64,000 bases of DNA. Source: a virus (lineage: Duplodnaviria > Caudoviricetes). Below are positions 7,827 through 16,296 of this stretch, piece by piece. The notes beneath the pieces are model-generated. The model made no database searches and was not told the DNA's origin. It saw only the letters and a list, made by a program, of their open reading frames with translations. The first letter of the stretch is position 1; each line of letters begins with the position of its first letter. The translations under genes were made by a program, and so were the position numbers. The stretch is from positions 1-64,000 of the IMG/VR virus record IMGVR_UViG_3300031998_000040. One strand, 5' to 3'.

Positions 7827-8324
7827 TCACAACCCTTCTGGACGCTGGATGCCTATCTTCGCAAGCAGTTCCCAGTTGGCAGGCTTGTACTCGTTGCACC
7901 ACTTTTGCACCGTAGATTCGTGGATGCCGATCAAGGAAGAGATATCCGCGTATGTGGCGTTGTTCTTAATTTTGTATTCGAGGATTGCCGCCCTTTGCCT
8001 GCCCTGCGCTTTGGCCTTATATGCTTCCGAAGCCATCCGCCTGCGGATGCGTTCCCGGTCATAGGGCTTCACGTCAAGCGGAAGTTCTTTTCTCGGCCTG
8101 CCCATCTTCTTGGAAGCTATGGTTGCCTTTTTGGAGTTCTCTGCGTTCTTTGCAGTCGTGAGCGTCATGCTATATTTCCGCCGCGTTCCGTACTCACGCT
8201 TCGTACATCCTTCTCCGGCTGGGCATCCACGGGTTTTCCCGGTAACATAGTTGTAGTCGCAGCACTTCCCCATAGAGTTCGTTCCGAGGTAAGCACAGCC
8301 TTTGCAGTATTCGTCAACCGGCAT
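7827..8324 (-). CDS. Cys-rich N-terminus plus HTH protein
   Basis: CCDY..GKTRGCP; TYADISSLIGIHESTVQKW. Confidence 0.7.
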   Translation of the reverse strand: MPVDEYCKGCAYLGTNSMGKCCDYNYVTGKTRGCPAGEGCTKREYGTRRKYSMTLTTAKNAENSKKATIASKKMGRPRKELPLDVKPYDRERIRRRMASEAYKAKAQGRQRAAILEYKIKNNATYADISSLIGIHESTVQKWCNEYKPANWELLAKIGIQRPEGL

Positions 8325-8336
8325 CGGTCGTCACCC

Positions 8337-8654
8337 CTAATCCGTGAAGTCTTCCATCGAGAACGCCCAGGTCTTTCCGTAGTCCTTGAAGAAGTATCGG
8401 TTATAGTCCGGTCCAGGCATACCCCAAATGTAGATTAGCGAGTCCTGAGATTGTTGTGCGACAAACAGATCCCTCTTAGGAATTCCCATGATTTCGTCCT
8501 TATGGTGGTCCATGCCGTACATCGTCCCGTAGATCACGCCGTCGTCTGGCAGCGCCGCGTACCGCAGCTTCAGCACGTCTTCTCTGTCCATATCAACCGG
8601 CATCGGTATCGACCTCCCGTCACCAAAGCGTAGGCTGTTCCATAGCGACGACAC
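8337..8654 (-). CDS. hypothetical protein
   Basis: ORF ending in the common phage motif DYGKTWAF; start uncertain. Confidence 0.6.
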   Translation of the reverse strand: MSSLWNSLRFGDGRSIPMPVDMDREDVLKLRYAALPDDGVIYGTMYGMDHHKDEIMGIPKRDLFVAQQSQDSLIYIWGMPGPDYNRYFFKDYGKTWAFSMEDFTD

Positions 8655-9501
8655 TGGCGCAGTTCTTTACCGCCTGCTGGAAGTAGCTGGGCTTCAACTC
8701 AATGCCGATGGTCCTGCGTCCCATTTCCAACGCCACATAAGATTCGCTGCCGATTCCGAGAAACGGCGTCAGAACGATGTCACCGGGATTCGTCCAGAGG
8801 TTTAGCGCACGGCGGATGACCGTCAACTGGAGCGGGCAGATATGCCGTTCATCCTTTTCGTCTCTGGCCGACGTGTGCTGCAAGGTGTCTGACGGGTTGA
8901 TATCCGTCCAGATCGGGCTGGCATACTTCTGCCATACAGCAACAGGGAAAGAATCGTTGGTATGGGTAACAGGTTCCGGGTTTTCTCCAGGCTTCCGCAT
9001 CGTCACCAGGTAATCCGGGATTCCCTGGCGGGACATACAGCTATCCTTTTTGAGCTGCTTGTGAAGGAGTCCGATGGCCTTTGTCCGCTGCATGGCCGTT
9101 ACGGGGTCTTTCCAGATGCAGACCTGGCTATGGAGTATGAATCCGCAGGATTCAAACAACCGGATAAGTTCCCCCCTGAAATCGCGGAGGCCGATCACGC
9201 CGTCACGTTCCTTGCTGAGAGGAAGGTCCATGCAGTGAAAAGAAATCAACCGTCCGGGAATCAGGACGCGGTAGAGGTCTTCAACGATGTATTTGAACTG
9301 CGTGTAAAATTCCTCAGTCGTCCGGCAGTTCCCAAGGTCCCTCTCACTGTTGCTGTAAGTGTAAAGGCTGGCAAACGGTGGGGAGAATATGGAGTAGTGG
9401 ATGCTGTTGTCCCCAAGCCCTTTCAGGAGTTCTGCGCTGTCACCGTTATATAAGGCATAGCGTTCTCCTATTGCCTGATCTATCACGCCGATATTGCCCA
9501 T
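8620..9501 (-). CDS. amino-DNA methyltransferase (N4-C/N6-A, beta class)
   Basis: FSPPF catalytic motif, HICPLQL, VLTPFLGIGSE SAM-binding motif. Confidence 0.9.
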   Translation of the reverse strand: MGNIGVIDQAIGERYALYNGDSAELLKGLGDNSIHYSIFSPPFASLYTYSNSERDLGNCRTTEEFYTQFKYIVEDLYRVLIPGRLISFHCMDLPLSKERDGVIGLRDFRGELIRLFESCGFILHSQVCIWKDPVTAMQRTKAIGLLHKQLKKDSCMSRQGIPDYLVTMRKPGENPEPVTHTNDSFPVAVWQKYASPIWTDINPSDTLQHTSARDEKDERHICPLQLTVIRRALNLWTNPGDIVLTPFLGIGSESYVALEMGRRTIGIELKPSYFQQAVKNCASVVAMEQPTLW

Positions 9502-10871
9502 TGTGGCACCTCCATCATTTCAGTGGTGATATAGGATTCCGTCATCCTGACGGTGTGGTGGATCTCCGCTTTGAGGATTTCTTTGGTGTACTGCACAAGC
9601 TCACGGGTCATGCGTTGTGCGTCTTTCTGCTTGCGTTCGATGTTCTGCTTGACCGCACCTTCGGCTTCGCTTGTGATGATATATACCGTCACTGGGCGGT
9701 GTTGACCGAACCGCCAGCATCGGCGGACCGCCTGATAGTATGCCTCGAAGCTGTCCGAGAGACCCACGAAGATCATGGTGTTGCATTGCTGCCAGTTCAT
9801 TCCCCACCCGGCAATGCTGGGCTTGCTTACCAATACGCGGTTTTCACCGGAGGTAAAACCGTTCATGGCTTTTTCCTTGTAATCCGGGGTCTGGCTCCCC
9901 TTGACTTCAACGGCTCCGTTGATTGCTTCCGTTAAGGCTTCGCTCTCTGCGTTCAGGTCGCACCATACAAGTACCTGTTCATCGGTTTTGTTGGCGATTA
10001 TCGAGGCTTCACGAACGCGATCTTTAAGACTGTTCCTTCGAGCGTCGCGGCGTTCGTTCAAGGTCTGTGCGGTCTCGCAGAAGAACATGAGCTGTCCGTC
10101 TCGGTCACTCATTTCGTCAGACTTTGCAACGATCTCTTTGATTCTCAACTCAGGAAGAACAAATGCGCTTCCGTCATATCCAAGGTCTTCCGGGGTAGTC
10201 ATGCAGCAGGCCCAGGATGCTACCCACGCAAAGAACTTCTGCTCAGCGTGACCTTTCAGCCTCCACTTCGACGTGTTGCCTCCGTCATGGCAGAAGAACG
10301 TGGAAAGCATTTCCGGCTGCGTCATGATGTTTAGGAAGTCAGCGTGTGTTCCGAGTTCCATGTAGTCGTTCGGGCTGGGCGTTGCGGTGCAACACAGCTT
10401 GTAGGGAGTATGGCGGAACTTGTTGGTCAGCATCCTTCTGGTGGCGCTCGTCGAATCTTTGAGGATTGAGCTTTCGTCCAGAATCACGCCGGAAAAAGCA
10501 TCTGCGTCGAAGTGTTCCAGCATTTCATAGTTGGTGACGTTGACACCACTTTTAACGTCTTTCTGTGTCCGGCACACCGTCACGCCGATTCCAAACTTTT
10601 CACCCTCTTTGGATGTCTGCCGCGCCACGGCCAGCGGTGCGCAGACAAGAACCGGCTTCCCCGTATGCTCAACTACCTGCTGTCCCCATTGGAGCTGCAT
10701 GGCGGTCTTCCCAAGGCCACAGTCCGCAAAGATTGCGGATTTACCTTTCAGGAGCGCCCACCGCACGATATCGTTCTGCCAGTCAAAGAGCAGAGGGTTT
10801 CTTCGTGTAGGCTCAAACCCGCAGGATATTGACTTTATCTCTTTTGTTTTTATGAAGTCGTTATAGTTCAT
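9483..10871 (-). CDS. SNF2-like helicase
   Basis: ADCGLGKT, LDESS, TATP, QAVRRCWRFGQ. Confidence 0.9.
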   Translation of the reverse strand: MNYNDFIKTKEIKSISCGFEPTRRNPLLFDWQNDIVRWALLKGKSAIFADCGLGKTAMQLQWGQQVVEHTGKPVLVCAPLAVARQTSKEGEKFGIGVTVCRTQKDVKSGVNVTNYEMLEHFDADAFSGVILDESSILKDSTSATRRMLTNKFRHTPYKLCCTATPSPNDYMELGTHADFLNIMTQPEMLSTFFCHDGGNTSKWRLKGHAEQKFFAWVASWACCMTTPEDLGYDGSAFVLPELRIKEIVAKSDEMSDRDGQLMFFCETAQTLNERRDARRNSLKDRVREASIIANKTDEQVLVWCDLNAESEALTEAINGAVEVKGSQTPDYKEKAMNGFTSGENRVLVSKPSIAGWGMNWQQCNTMIFVGLSDSFEAYYQAVRRCWRFGQHRPVTVYIITSEAEGAVKQNIERKQKDAQRMTRELVQYTKEILKAEIHHTVRMTESYITTEMMEVPQWAISA

Positions 10872-11016
10872 CGTTCTCCCACCACCCTATGCTCAGTTCT
10901 CCGGTCAGCACGTTGCGCAGTATCTGCACCGTGCAGTTGGTATGAAGTTCTACTTCTTCATAGAGATTGACTTCGACGGTTTCTTCTCCGTTCTGGAGTT
11001 CGGATTCGTCATCCAT
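10861..11016 (-). CDS. small acidic hypothetical protein
   Basis: MDDESE..NCTVQILRNVLTGELSIGWW. Confidence 0.55.
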   Translation of the reverse strand: MDDESELQNGEETVEVNLYEEVELHTNCTVQILRNVLTGELSIGWWENDEL

Positions 11017-11401
11017 CGCCCTTCTCCGGTTCAACGATTTTTTGAAAATTCTTAAAGGCTTCGTGAACAGCTTCCTGGTCAAGTTCCAATTCCACCGTGC
11101 GCCTGCCCATCTGTTCCTTCAAGAACCAGCACAGGAACGCGGCGTTCGTCGCTAAGTGCCACAGGTGCGGCAGGCCGCTCTCCGGGTCTTTGGCTGTCCA
11201 GTCCGTCCATAAAGCTACGCAATGGCGCAGGAGGGCTTCGTGGAGCATCGACGGGTCAAGCCGCTGCCAGTTAAGGGGGTCCGCGTATTTTTGCAGTCCG
11301 TACCGTCTCACCTCCGCAATCGCGGTGATGATCTCCGGCGGCACGATGCTCATTTGGAGCTTTCCTTTGTCGTCTTTGGCTCCGGGAAGTTTCTCAGGCA
11401 T
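11009..11401 (-). CDS. DUF5664-like dATP/dGTP diphosphohydrolase
   Basis: GAKDDKGK..YGLQKY..NW..DPESGLPHLWHLATNAAFL. Confidence 0.85.
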   Translation of the reverse strand: MPEKLPGAKDDKGKLQMSIVPPEIITAIAEVRRYGLQKYADPLNWQRLDPSMLHEALLRHCVALWTDWTAKDPESGLPHLWHLATNAAFLCWFLKEQMGRRTVELELDQEAVHEAFKNFQKIVEPEKGDG

Positions 11402-11424
11402 TGTTGCTTCTCTCCTTCGTTTAT

Positions 11425-11499
11425 TGGCAGGGATGGCAGGATTCGGACCTGCGAGTAACTGGTTCAAAGCCAGATGCCTTACCGCTTGGCGACATCCCC
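11425..11499 (-). tRNA. tRNA-Gln(UUG)
   Basis: Cloverleaf GGGGATG..CTGG CTTTGAA CCAG..CATCCCTGCCA with encoded CCA. Confidence 0.9.
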
Positions 11500-11803
11500 G
11501 TGTCTCACAATATCGGCGGAGGAACGGTAGCCGTAACCCTACACCACGCCAGGGCACTCACGAGTTGGCCCGCGTCGCCACGCCACGTCCTCACCTTTGG
11601 TTGAGGCTCCCAAAGCCTCCGCCGCTACCACGGAACTTTTCAGCCCTGCGCCCGCACAGGTCGCATCCGTTTCTTCTCAGGCCGGAGCCAGCCCACTATT
11701 CATCATCCGCCGGGATTGTGCGCTCCCGCACGGTGAAGCCCTTCTGCGCCCCGACCGGTGAAATGGGGGGTGGCCGCTTTGTGTAGGCGCAGCATATAGG
11801 GCG

Positions 11804-11877
11804 TGGAGCGAGTGACCGGATTTGAACCGGCGCTCCCAGCTTGGAGGGCTGGTGTTCTACCTCTGAACTACACCCGC
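11804..11877 (-). tRNA. tRNA-Gly(UCC)
   Basis: GCGGGTG..CCAGC CCTCCAA GCTGG..CACTCGCTCCA. Confidence 0.9.
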
Positions 11878-11884
11878 GCAAAAA

Positions 11885-12259
11885 TGGAGGAAGGTGATAT
11901 TGCAGTCCATGCGCCCCCCGGAGTCGAACCAGGAGACAAGCGGACTCGAACCACTCTCGCACACCTTCGCGGGACCGTCCCGCGTGGACTCCACTGTTGC
12001 CGTCTGTTCCGTGCTGCCACCCGAATTGCCGTTTTACACTACTCCTGTCGGTTTCGTTTCGTAACCAACCTGCGTTTCTCCGACACTCACCCGGCTCGTC
12101 CGTCCGGGACTGCACATATTGCATCGGCGCTTGGCTGGAATATTGGCTTTGGAACCCCGCCGCGCTTGGCCTTATCACCGACCCTCGTGCGTTTCGCGGC
12201 TTACCAAGCCGCCGCTATCCGGATAGCAGACACGAATCCAGCTTCTCGCGCTTCCTCCA
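11885..12259 (-). ncRNA. ~375-nt highly structured RNA (ROOL/GOLLD-like candidate)
   Basis: Closing stem TGGAGGAAG/CTTCCTCCA, inner TGCAGTCC/GGACTGCA, many hairpins, two T-loops; lies between tRNA elements. Confidence 0.65.
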
Positions 12260-12275
12260 CCGCTTGCGGGGTTTG

Positions 12276-12366
12276 TACCGGGGGTGGGACTCGAACCCAC
12301 GACCAAGGGCATTCAACAGCAATATCCCTTCTCGCTGTAAAGCTCTACCGACTGAGCTACCCCGGC
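12276..12366 (-). ncRNA. tRNA-like RNA with an expanded, pseudoknotted anticodon domain
   Basis: Canonical acceptor, D and T arms; 41 nt between D and T arms instead of ~23; no encoded CCA. Confidence 0.7.
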
Positions 12367-12371
12367 ATAAT

Positions 12372-12730
12372 GCCGGTCTTTCCCGGCTGTCCATTGGTCT
12401 ATTCCGATTGTCGTGTGGTCAGGAGACACACCCTCCGGCGCTCACATTTCTTGCATGGTTTCTGAGCGTTCCCCGTAGCCCCATGCGCACCCGGCTCTTT
12501 CCTTTGTCCCCGGCGTGTCCGAGTCATCCGGGAGGCCCCCTTGTCAGAGGAGGGAGAAAAAACGGGTTTAATCACGGTTTGCCCACCGTCCAGGGAGAGG
12601 TCTTATCCCCGGCTCTTATACCTTGCGGAACCTCTGGTGCCGGACCAGGGAATCGAACCCTTGCAGCGTATCGCTCCTGTGGCTTGCGCTCGTCCTCGTC
12701 CGGCATGGTGCCGGTCTATTCCCGGCAGTC
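12372..12730 (-). repeat. GACWGCCGGGAA(T)AGACCGGC hairpin motif: copies at 12372-12391 and 12710-12730, degenerate copy at 12393-12412
   Basis: Each intact copy sits a few nt 5' of a tRNA-like element. Confidence 0.7.
12635..12704 (-). ncRNA. tRNA-like RNA with acceptor stem, T arm and CCA but no canonical D or anticodon arm
   Basis: GCCGGAC/GTCCGGC-ACCA; AGGG TTCGATT CCCT. Confidence 0.6.
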
Positions 12731-12739
12731 AGCGATGTC

Positions 12740-13456
12740 TTACAGCATCACGGTTACGTTCGGCATGTCCTGAAGCTGCTCCTGAAGCCATGCCTTTGCG
12801 GTGTTCCTGGCGGTCAGCTTCCACATGCCGCCGTCCGCTTCCCGGAACGTGATGCCGCGCTCGGAAATACGGATCAGGAAGATGCCCTCCGGCTGCTCGA
12901 TCTCCTGGAAAGTGCGGTAGGGGCGAAGCTTGACCAGCGGCTTGATCGTCGTGTTCTGCGCCAGCGCCGCGCCTTTCTGCGTCACGATGGTGGAAGCGAT
13001 TCCATTGTCCGTGTACGTCACCTTCGCACCGGTGGTGATCTGGCTCAGGAGCTGGAGCGTGTACTCGCGGTCGCCGCCGTCCTGGAACCGGGTCATCAGC
13101 GCCACGGCTGCCTGGTCGAATCCCATCTGCACCTCCGGCTCCCAGCCGGGGATGTCAATGGCTCTGGCGTTATACAGGATGTTCCGCTTCCATCTGGAGT
13201 CTTCACTGGGGGAGTCATATACGTCAACCTCGTCGTGGCCGATGACGGAAACGAAAATCTGACGGCTCTGCTGCTCTTTCTTCACGAGCTGCACCAGTGC
13301 GTCCAGGCTGTTGAGCCGCACCGTCGCTGGGGTGTCAACGGTCGGGCGCAGTTCCTCGGTGTGATCGGTGTAAAGAACGTAGGTATGGCCGTCCTCCGTA
13401 TAGACCAGCGGGCTGCTCATTTCCTCGATTTTTTCTATTGCTTCTTTCAGCATCAT
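12740..13456 (-). CDS. conserved phage protein (usual partner of the upstream ORF)
   Basis: LRPYRTFQEIEQPEG.F..R..EADGGMWK motif. Confidence 0.8.
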   Translation of the reverse strand: MMLKEAIEKIEEMSSPLVYTEDGHTYVLYTDHTEELRPTVDTPATVRLNSLDALVQLVKKEQQSRQIFVSVIGHDEVDVYDSPSEDSRWKRNILYNARAIDIPGWEPEVQMGFDQAAVALMTRFQDGGDREYTLQLLSQITTGAKVTYTDNGIASTIVTQKGAALAQNTTIKPLVKLRPYRTFQEIEQPEGIFLIRISERGITFREADGGMWKLTARNTAKAWLQEQLQDMPNVTVML

Positions 13457-13470
13457 CTGTTGTTACCTCC

Positions 13471-13821
13471 TTACTTGGCAATCCGAAGGATCGGTGCCGG
13501 TTCCTGTTCGTCTCCGTCGAAGCTGGCCTGCCCCGGAATCTGCGGGGTCATTTCCACCACGGAGAAATCTCCGTAGCTCCCCTGGCTGGCGTACAGTGCC
13601 GTCTTCACAGGGACGGTAGGCTGAAGAACGCTCTTTGCCGTAACGCTGACGCTGATGGTCTGGCGCTCGTCGTCAGGCAGGAACTCCACCGTCAGCGTGA
13701 TTTTCCTCTTTGCCGAAGCTTTCGTGTTCGGGTCGAGAATGTTTTGCAGGACGCGGCCCATCTCATAGTCAACACGTTCCGTAATTGCGCCGCGAGCCAT
13801 TTCAAGGATGCTCTTTTCCAT
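13471..13821 (-). CDS. conserved phage protein (often annotated replication terminator)
   Basis: GAITERVDYEMGRVLQNILDPNTKASAKRKITL. Confidence 0.75.
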   Translation of the reverse strand: MEKSILEMARGAITERVDYEMGRVLQNILDPNTKASAKRKITLTVEFLPDDERQTISVSVTAKSVLQPTVPVKTALYASQGSYGDFSVVEMTPQIPGQASFDGDEQEPAPILRIAK

Positions 13822-14006
13822 GTTGTTTCACTCCTTTCCTGTGTATTTCAGTATCCAGCCGATCATCGGCGGGAACTGCATCGCTTTGGCAATCCAAGCA
13901 TATCACGCGCATTGTGACCTCGTAAGATTCGGGGCGGATTGCTGGCGGCACTGTCGATCTTTGTGCCAAACCTGCGCCTCCGCCCCGTATCTACTCAAGT
14001 GGGAAT

Positions 14007-14477
14007 TTAATCTCCGTCGTTCCCGGAGTCACGGGGCATCACCCCCTTCTCCACCTCGATCTTCGGCTCCGGCCCCCAAATGTAAACTGGGTCGGCGTCA
14101 ACCGTCCAGCTTTCCCGCTTGTCCTCCGGGAGCTGGTGCCAGAAGAAGTTGCGGATGACCGAGTACATATCGAACGCGATCATTACTTCCTCTGTCTTTT
14201 GAAAGTGCTCTCCATTTCCGCCGGACGCCGCCCGCATTGCCAGATCGAGCAGTTCACGGCAGGCGTCGCGCCGAAGGATGCGCCGGTCGAACTCCGGGTC
14301 GTCCGGCTTGTATTCATAGTTCAGCCAAGCCAGGTCTTCCGCCATGTCCCACGTCTGGCCTATGCACATCCGAGCCCACTTCTCACATACATTCTGTAAC
14401 AGCCGGAGCTGCCGCTCGTTCAGGGTGATGGTGTACTTCTGCTCCGCAGGCTTCTCCGTTTTCTTTCTCGCGCTCAT
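14007..14477 (-). CDS. hypothetical protein
   Basis: ORF with RBS, coupled. Confidence 0.7.
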   Translation of the reverse strand: MSARKKTEKPAEQKYTITLNERQLRLLQNVCEKWARMCIGQTWDMAEDLAWLNYEYKPDDPEFDRRILRRDACRELLDLAMRAASGGNGEHFQKTEEVMIAFDMYSVIRNFFWHQLPEDKRESWTVDADPVYIWGPEPKIEVEKGVMPRDSGNDGD

Positions 14478-15226
14478 TTCTCCATCTCCTTGTTTCCAAA
14501 TAACTCTGGATACTTGGACTTATCCAAGCCAAACCGAACTATATCCTCTCGCAAATCGTACTTCTTTGGTACGATTCCATACCGCTCGTACATGGTAATC
14601 CGGAGCTTGGCTTTTCGTTCTTCCTTGTTATCGTTCCATTTCTTCGACAAATACTCGCTCATGTTTTTGTCCTGCATACCACGCTTGGTGTTCTCGCTCA
14701 TTTTCTTTCTGGTCTCTGGAGAATACGTTCTTGTTCTATTGGATTCTATGATTCGCCGCCTACCGTCCTCGCTAATGTTTGGTATTCTTCCATTCAAGGT
14801 ATCGGCTATCTTTTTCTTATGGTTTTCAGACAGGGGAACGCCTTTGTGTATTTTGGACATACGTTCCCCGGTTCTTCGTTTGTTCTCCTCGGAAACCTGC
14901 CGCCCGTTTGCCCCTTCTCCACCAAGCGTCTGATTGTATCCGTATCTTTGATCGGTGGTATTCATTTCTGAAATGAGCCGGATTTCCTCCTTTTTGGCAT
15001 CTTCCTCCGAAAGACCATTCTGAATTATTTCGGTAGACACGCTACTCCACCCATACTTGTCAATGGCGTGCATCATTATGGGTTGGTTTGCGTATCCTTT
15101 ACCGTTACGAAACCGCCGCTTAATGTCGGAGGAAATACCAACGTATTTCTTTCCGTTTGGAAAAGTGTGGATATAAATAGCGTATTCCTTTGCCGCGCCC
15201 TTTGGCTCGTAGATGGGCGGTTTCAT
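14474..15226 (-). CDS. GIY-YIG homing endonuclease with NUMOD3-like repeats
   Basis: IYIHTFPNGKKYVGIS, GYNQTLGG, SEENKRR/SENHKKKI; lower GC. Confidence 0.88.
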   Translation of the reverse strand: MKPPIYEPKGAAKEYAIYIHTFPNGKKYVGISSDIKRRFRNGKGYANQPIMMHAIDKYGWSSVSTEIIQNGLSEEDAKKEEIRLISEMNTTDQRYGYNQTLGGEGANGRQVSEENKRRTGERMSKIHKGVPLSENHKKKIADTLNGRIPNISEDGRRRIIESNRTRTYSPETRKKMSENTKRGMQDKNMSEYLSKKWNDNKEERKAKLRITMYERYGIVPKKYDLREDIVRFGLDKSKYPELFGNKEMEK

Positions 15227-15244
15227 TATCTTTCACTCCTTCCG

Positions 15245-15496
15245 TTATTCGGTGCCATTATTCAGTTCTCGCCCGCATACCGGACAGAATCTGATGGGGA
15301 AGCTGCCGTGTTCCCCCTTATCTTCTTCGTCGTTCAGGTAACGCAGGAATAATGCGTGATAGGGAGGATCAACAGTCCCTTCACGTTCCCCCGTCGTAAG
15401 GTTGATTCCGAAGAGCGGCATGATTTTCACGCAGTCCAGCTCCCACTCCCCGTATTCGTCCTCGATTTTCCCCCGCCCTGCGCAGAAGTCACACAT
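15245..15496 (-). CDS. Zn-ribbon protein
   Basis: MCDFC..IRFCPVCGREL. Confidence 0.7.
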   Translation of the reverse strand: MCDFCAGRGKIEDEYGEWELDCVKIMPLFGINLTTGEREGTVDPPYHALFLRYLNDEEDKGEHGSFPIRFCPVCGRELNNGTE

Positions 15497-15498
15497 CG

Positions 15499-15747
15499 TT
15501 ACTTTCTCCTTGATAAGTCGTCGAGCACTTTTTTTAGAAGAATTACGGGTGTCAATACCACAAATATAACCGTCATAAACGGCCAAAATACCAGGCTGGG
15601 AATATAGCCTCCGTCTTCTTCCCTGTACCACTCTTTCCAGTTCTCATATCCGTTCATCTTCGCCCATAGCGCGTTGATGCCAAAGCCTACGAGCAGATAA
15701 AGAACGCAGGCTTGAATAATCGCTGAGATTACCAGAATCAGTTTCAC
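15499..15747 (-). CDS. small membrane protein
   Basis: Two hydrophobic segments. Confidence 0.65.
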   Translation of the reverse strand: MKLILVISAIIQACVLYLLVGFGINALWAKMNGYENWKEWYREEDGGYIPSLVFWPFMTVIFVVLTPVILLKKVLDDLSRRK

Positions 15748-16064
15748 TGTTCCTCACCCTTCACGTTTTGGTTTACACAATCCTTTGCGACAAACACGCC
15801 CCACTTTTGGATGTCAGTCTCGTGCGTTTCTTCGCTGACCGGGATGCCCAAGAATCGCAGACGGTTCTTCGCTATAATGGCGTCGTTCTCCGTCTCCATG
15901 TGTACCATCATTACCGGCCCCGCCGGAGTGACGCCAACAAGCCCCTCAAGGTCTCGGATGGCAAGCACCGTCTCGCGCCACCGCCTGCGACGCCGCACCA
16001 TGAAGAACGGCGGCATACGCCCCGTCAGCGCCGCAAATGTCCACCGCTTCGGTTGTTCACTCAT
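15744..16064 (-). CDS. hypothetical protein
   Basis: GGAGG RBS before MSEQPKR. Confidence 0.6.
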   Translation of the reverse strand: MSEQPKRWTFAALTGRMPPFFMVRRRRRWRETVLAIRDLEGLVGVTPAGPVMMVHMETENDAIIAKNRLRFLGIPVSEETHETDIQKWGVFVAKDCVNQNVKGEEQ

Positions 16065-16296
16065 GTTGCCTCCTCGTATGCCCAGTGCAAAGGTAAACGT
16101 CGTGGATGGCCTCCCCCGCCCTTTCGCACTCAAAGCAGCCTATACAGTATCCGCCCTTGCAGCCTTTCCACGCGGAGTTATTCGTACAGTCTTGACACAA
16201 ACACCGCCGATTCCCGTATGGGCAAGTCGCTTCTTCGGTTATGGAACGCATAACGTCTCTCACGATGTTGCCTCCCCTCTCAGCCATTCCAGCCAC
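16057..16296 (-). CDS. Cys-rich hypothetical protein
   Basis: Multiple CxxC motifs; start uncertain. Confidence 0.5.
   Translation of the reverse strand: MAGMAERGGNIVRDVMRSITEEATCPYGNRRCLCQDCTNNSAWKGCKGGYCIGCFECERAGEAIHDVYLCTGHTRRQHE

Noticed and set aside
11009-11401. Z-base (diaminopurine) genome pathway
   Set aside because: A DUF5664-like gene is present, but no purZ or datZ appears in the window.
11640-11803. Theta/HDV-like ribozyme after tRNA-Gly
   Set aside because: Could not identify the P3/L3 and J4/2 consensus by eye.
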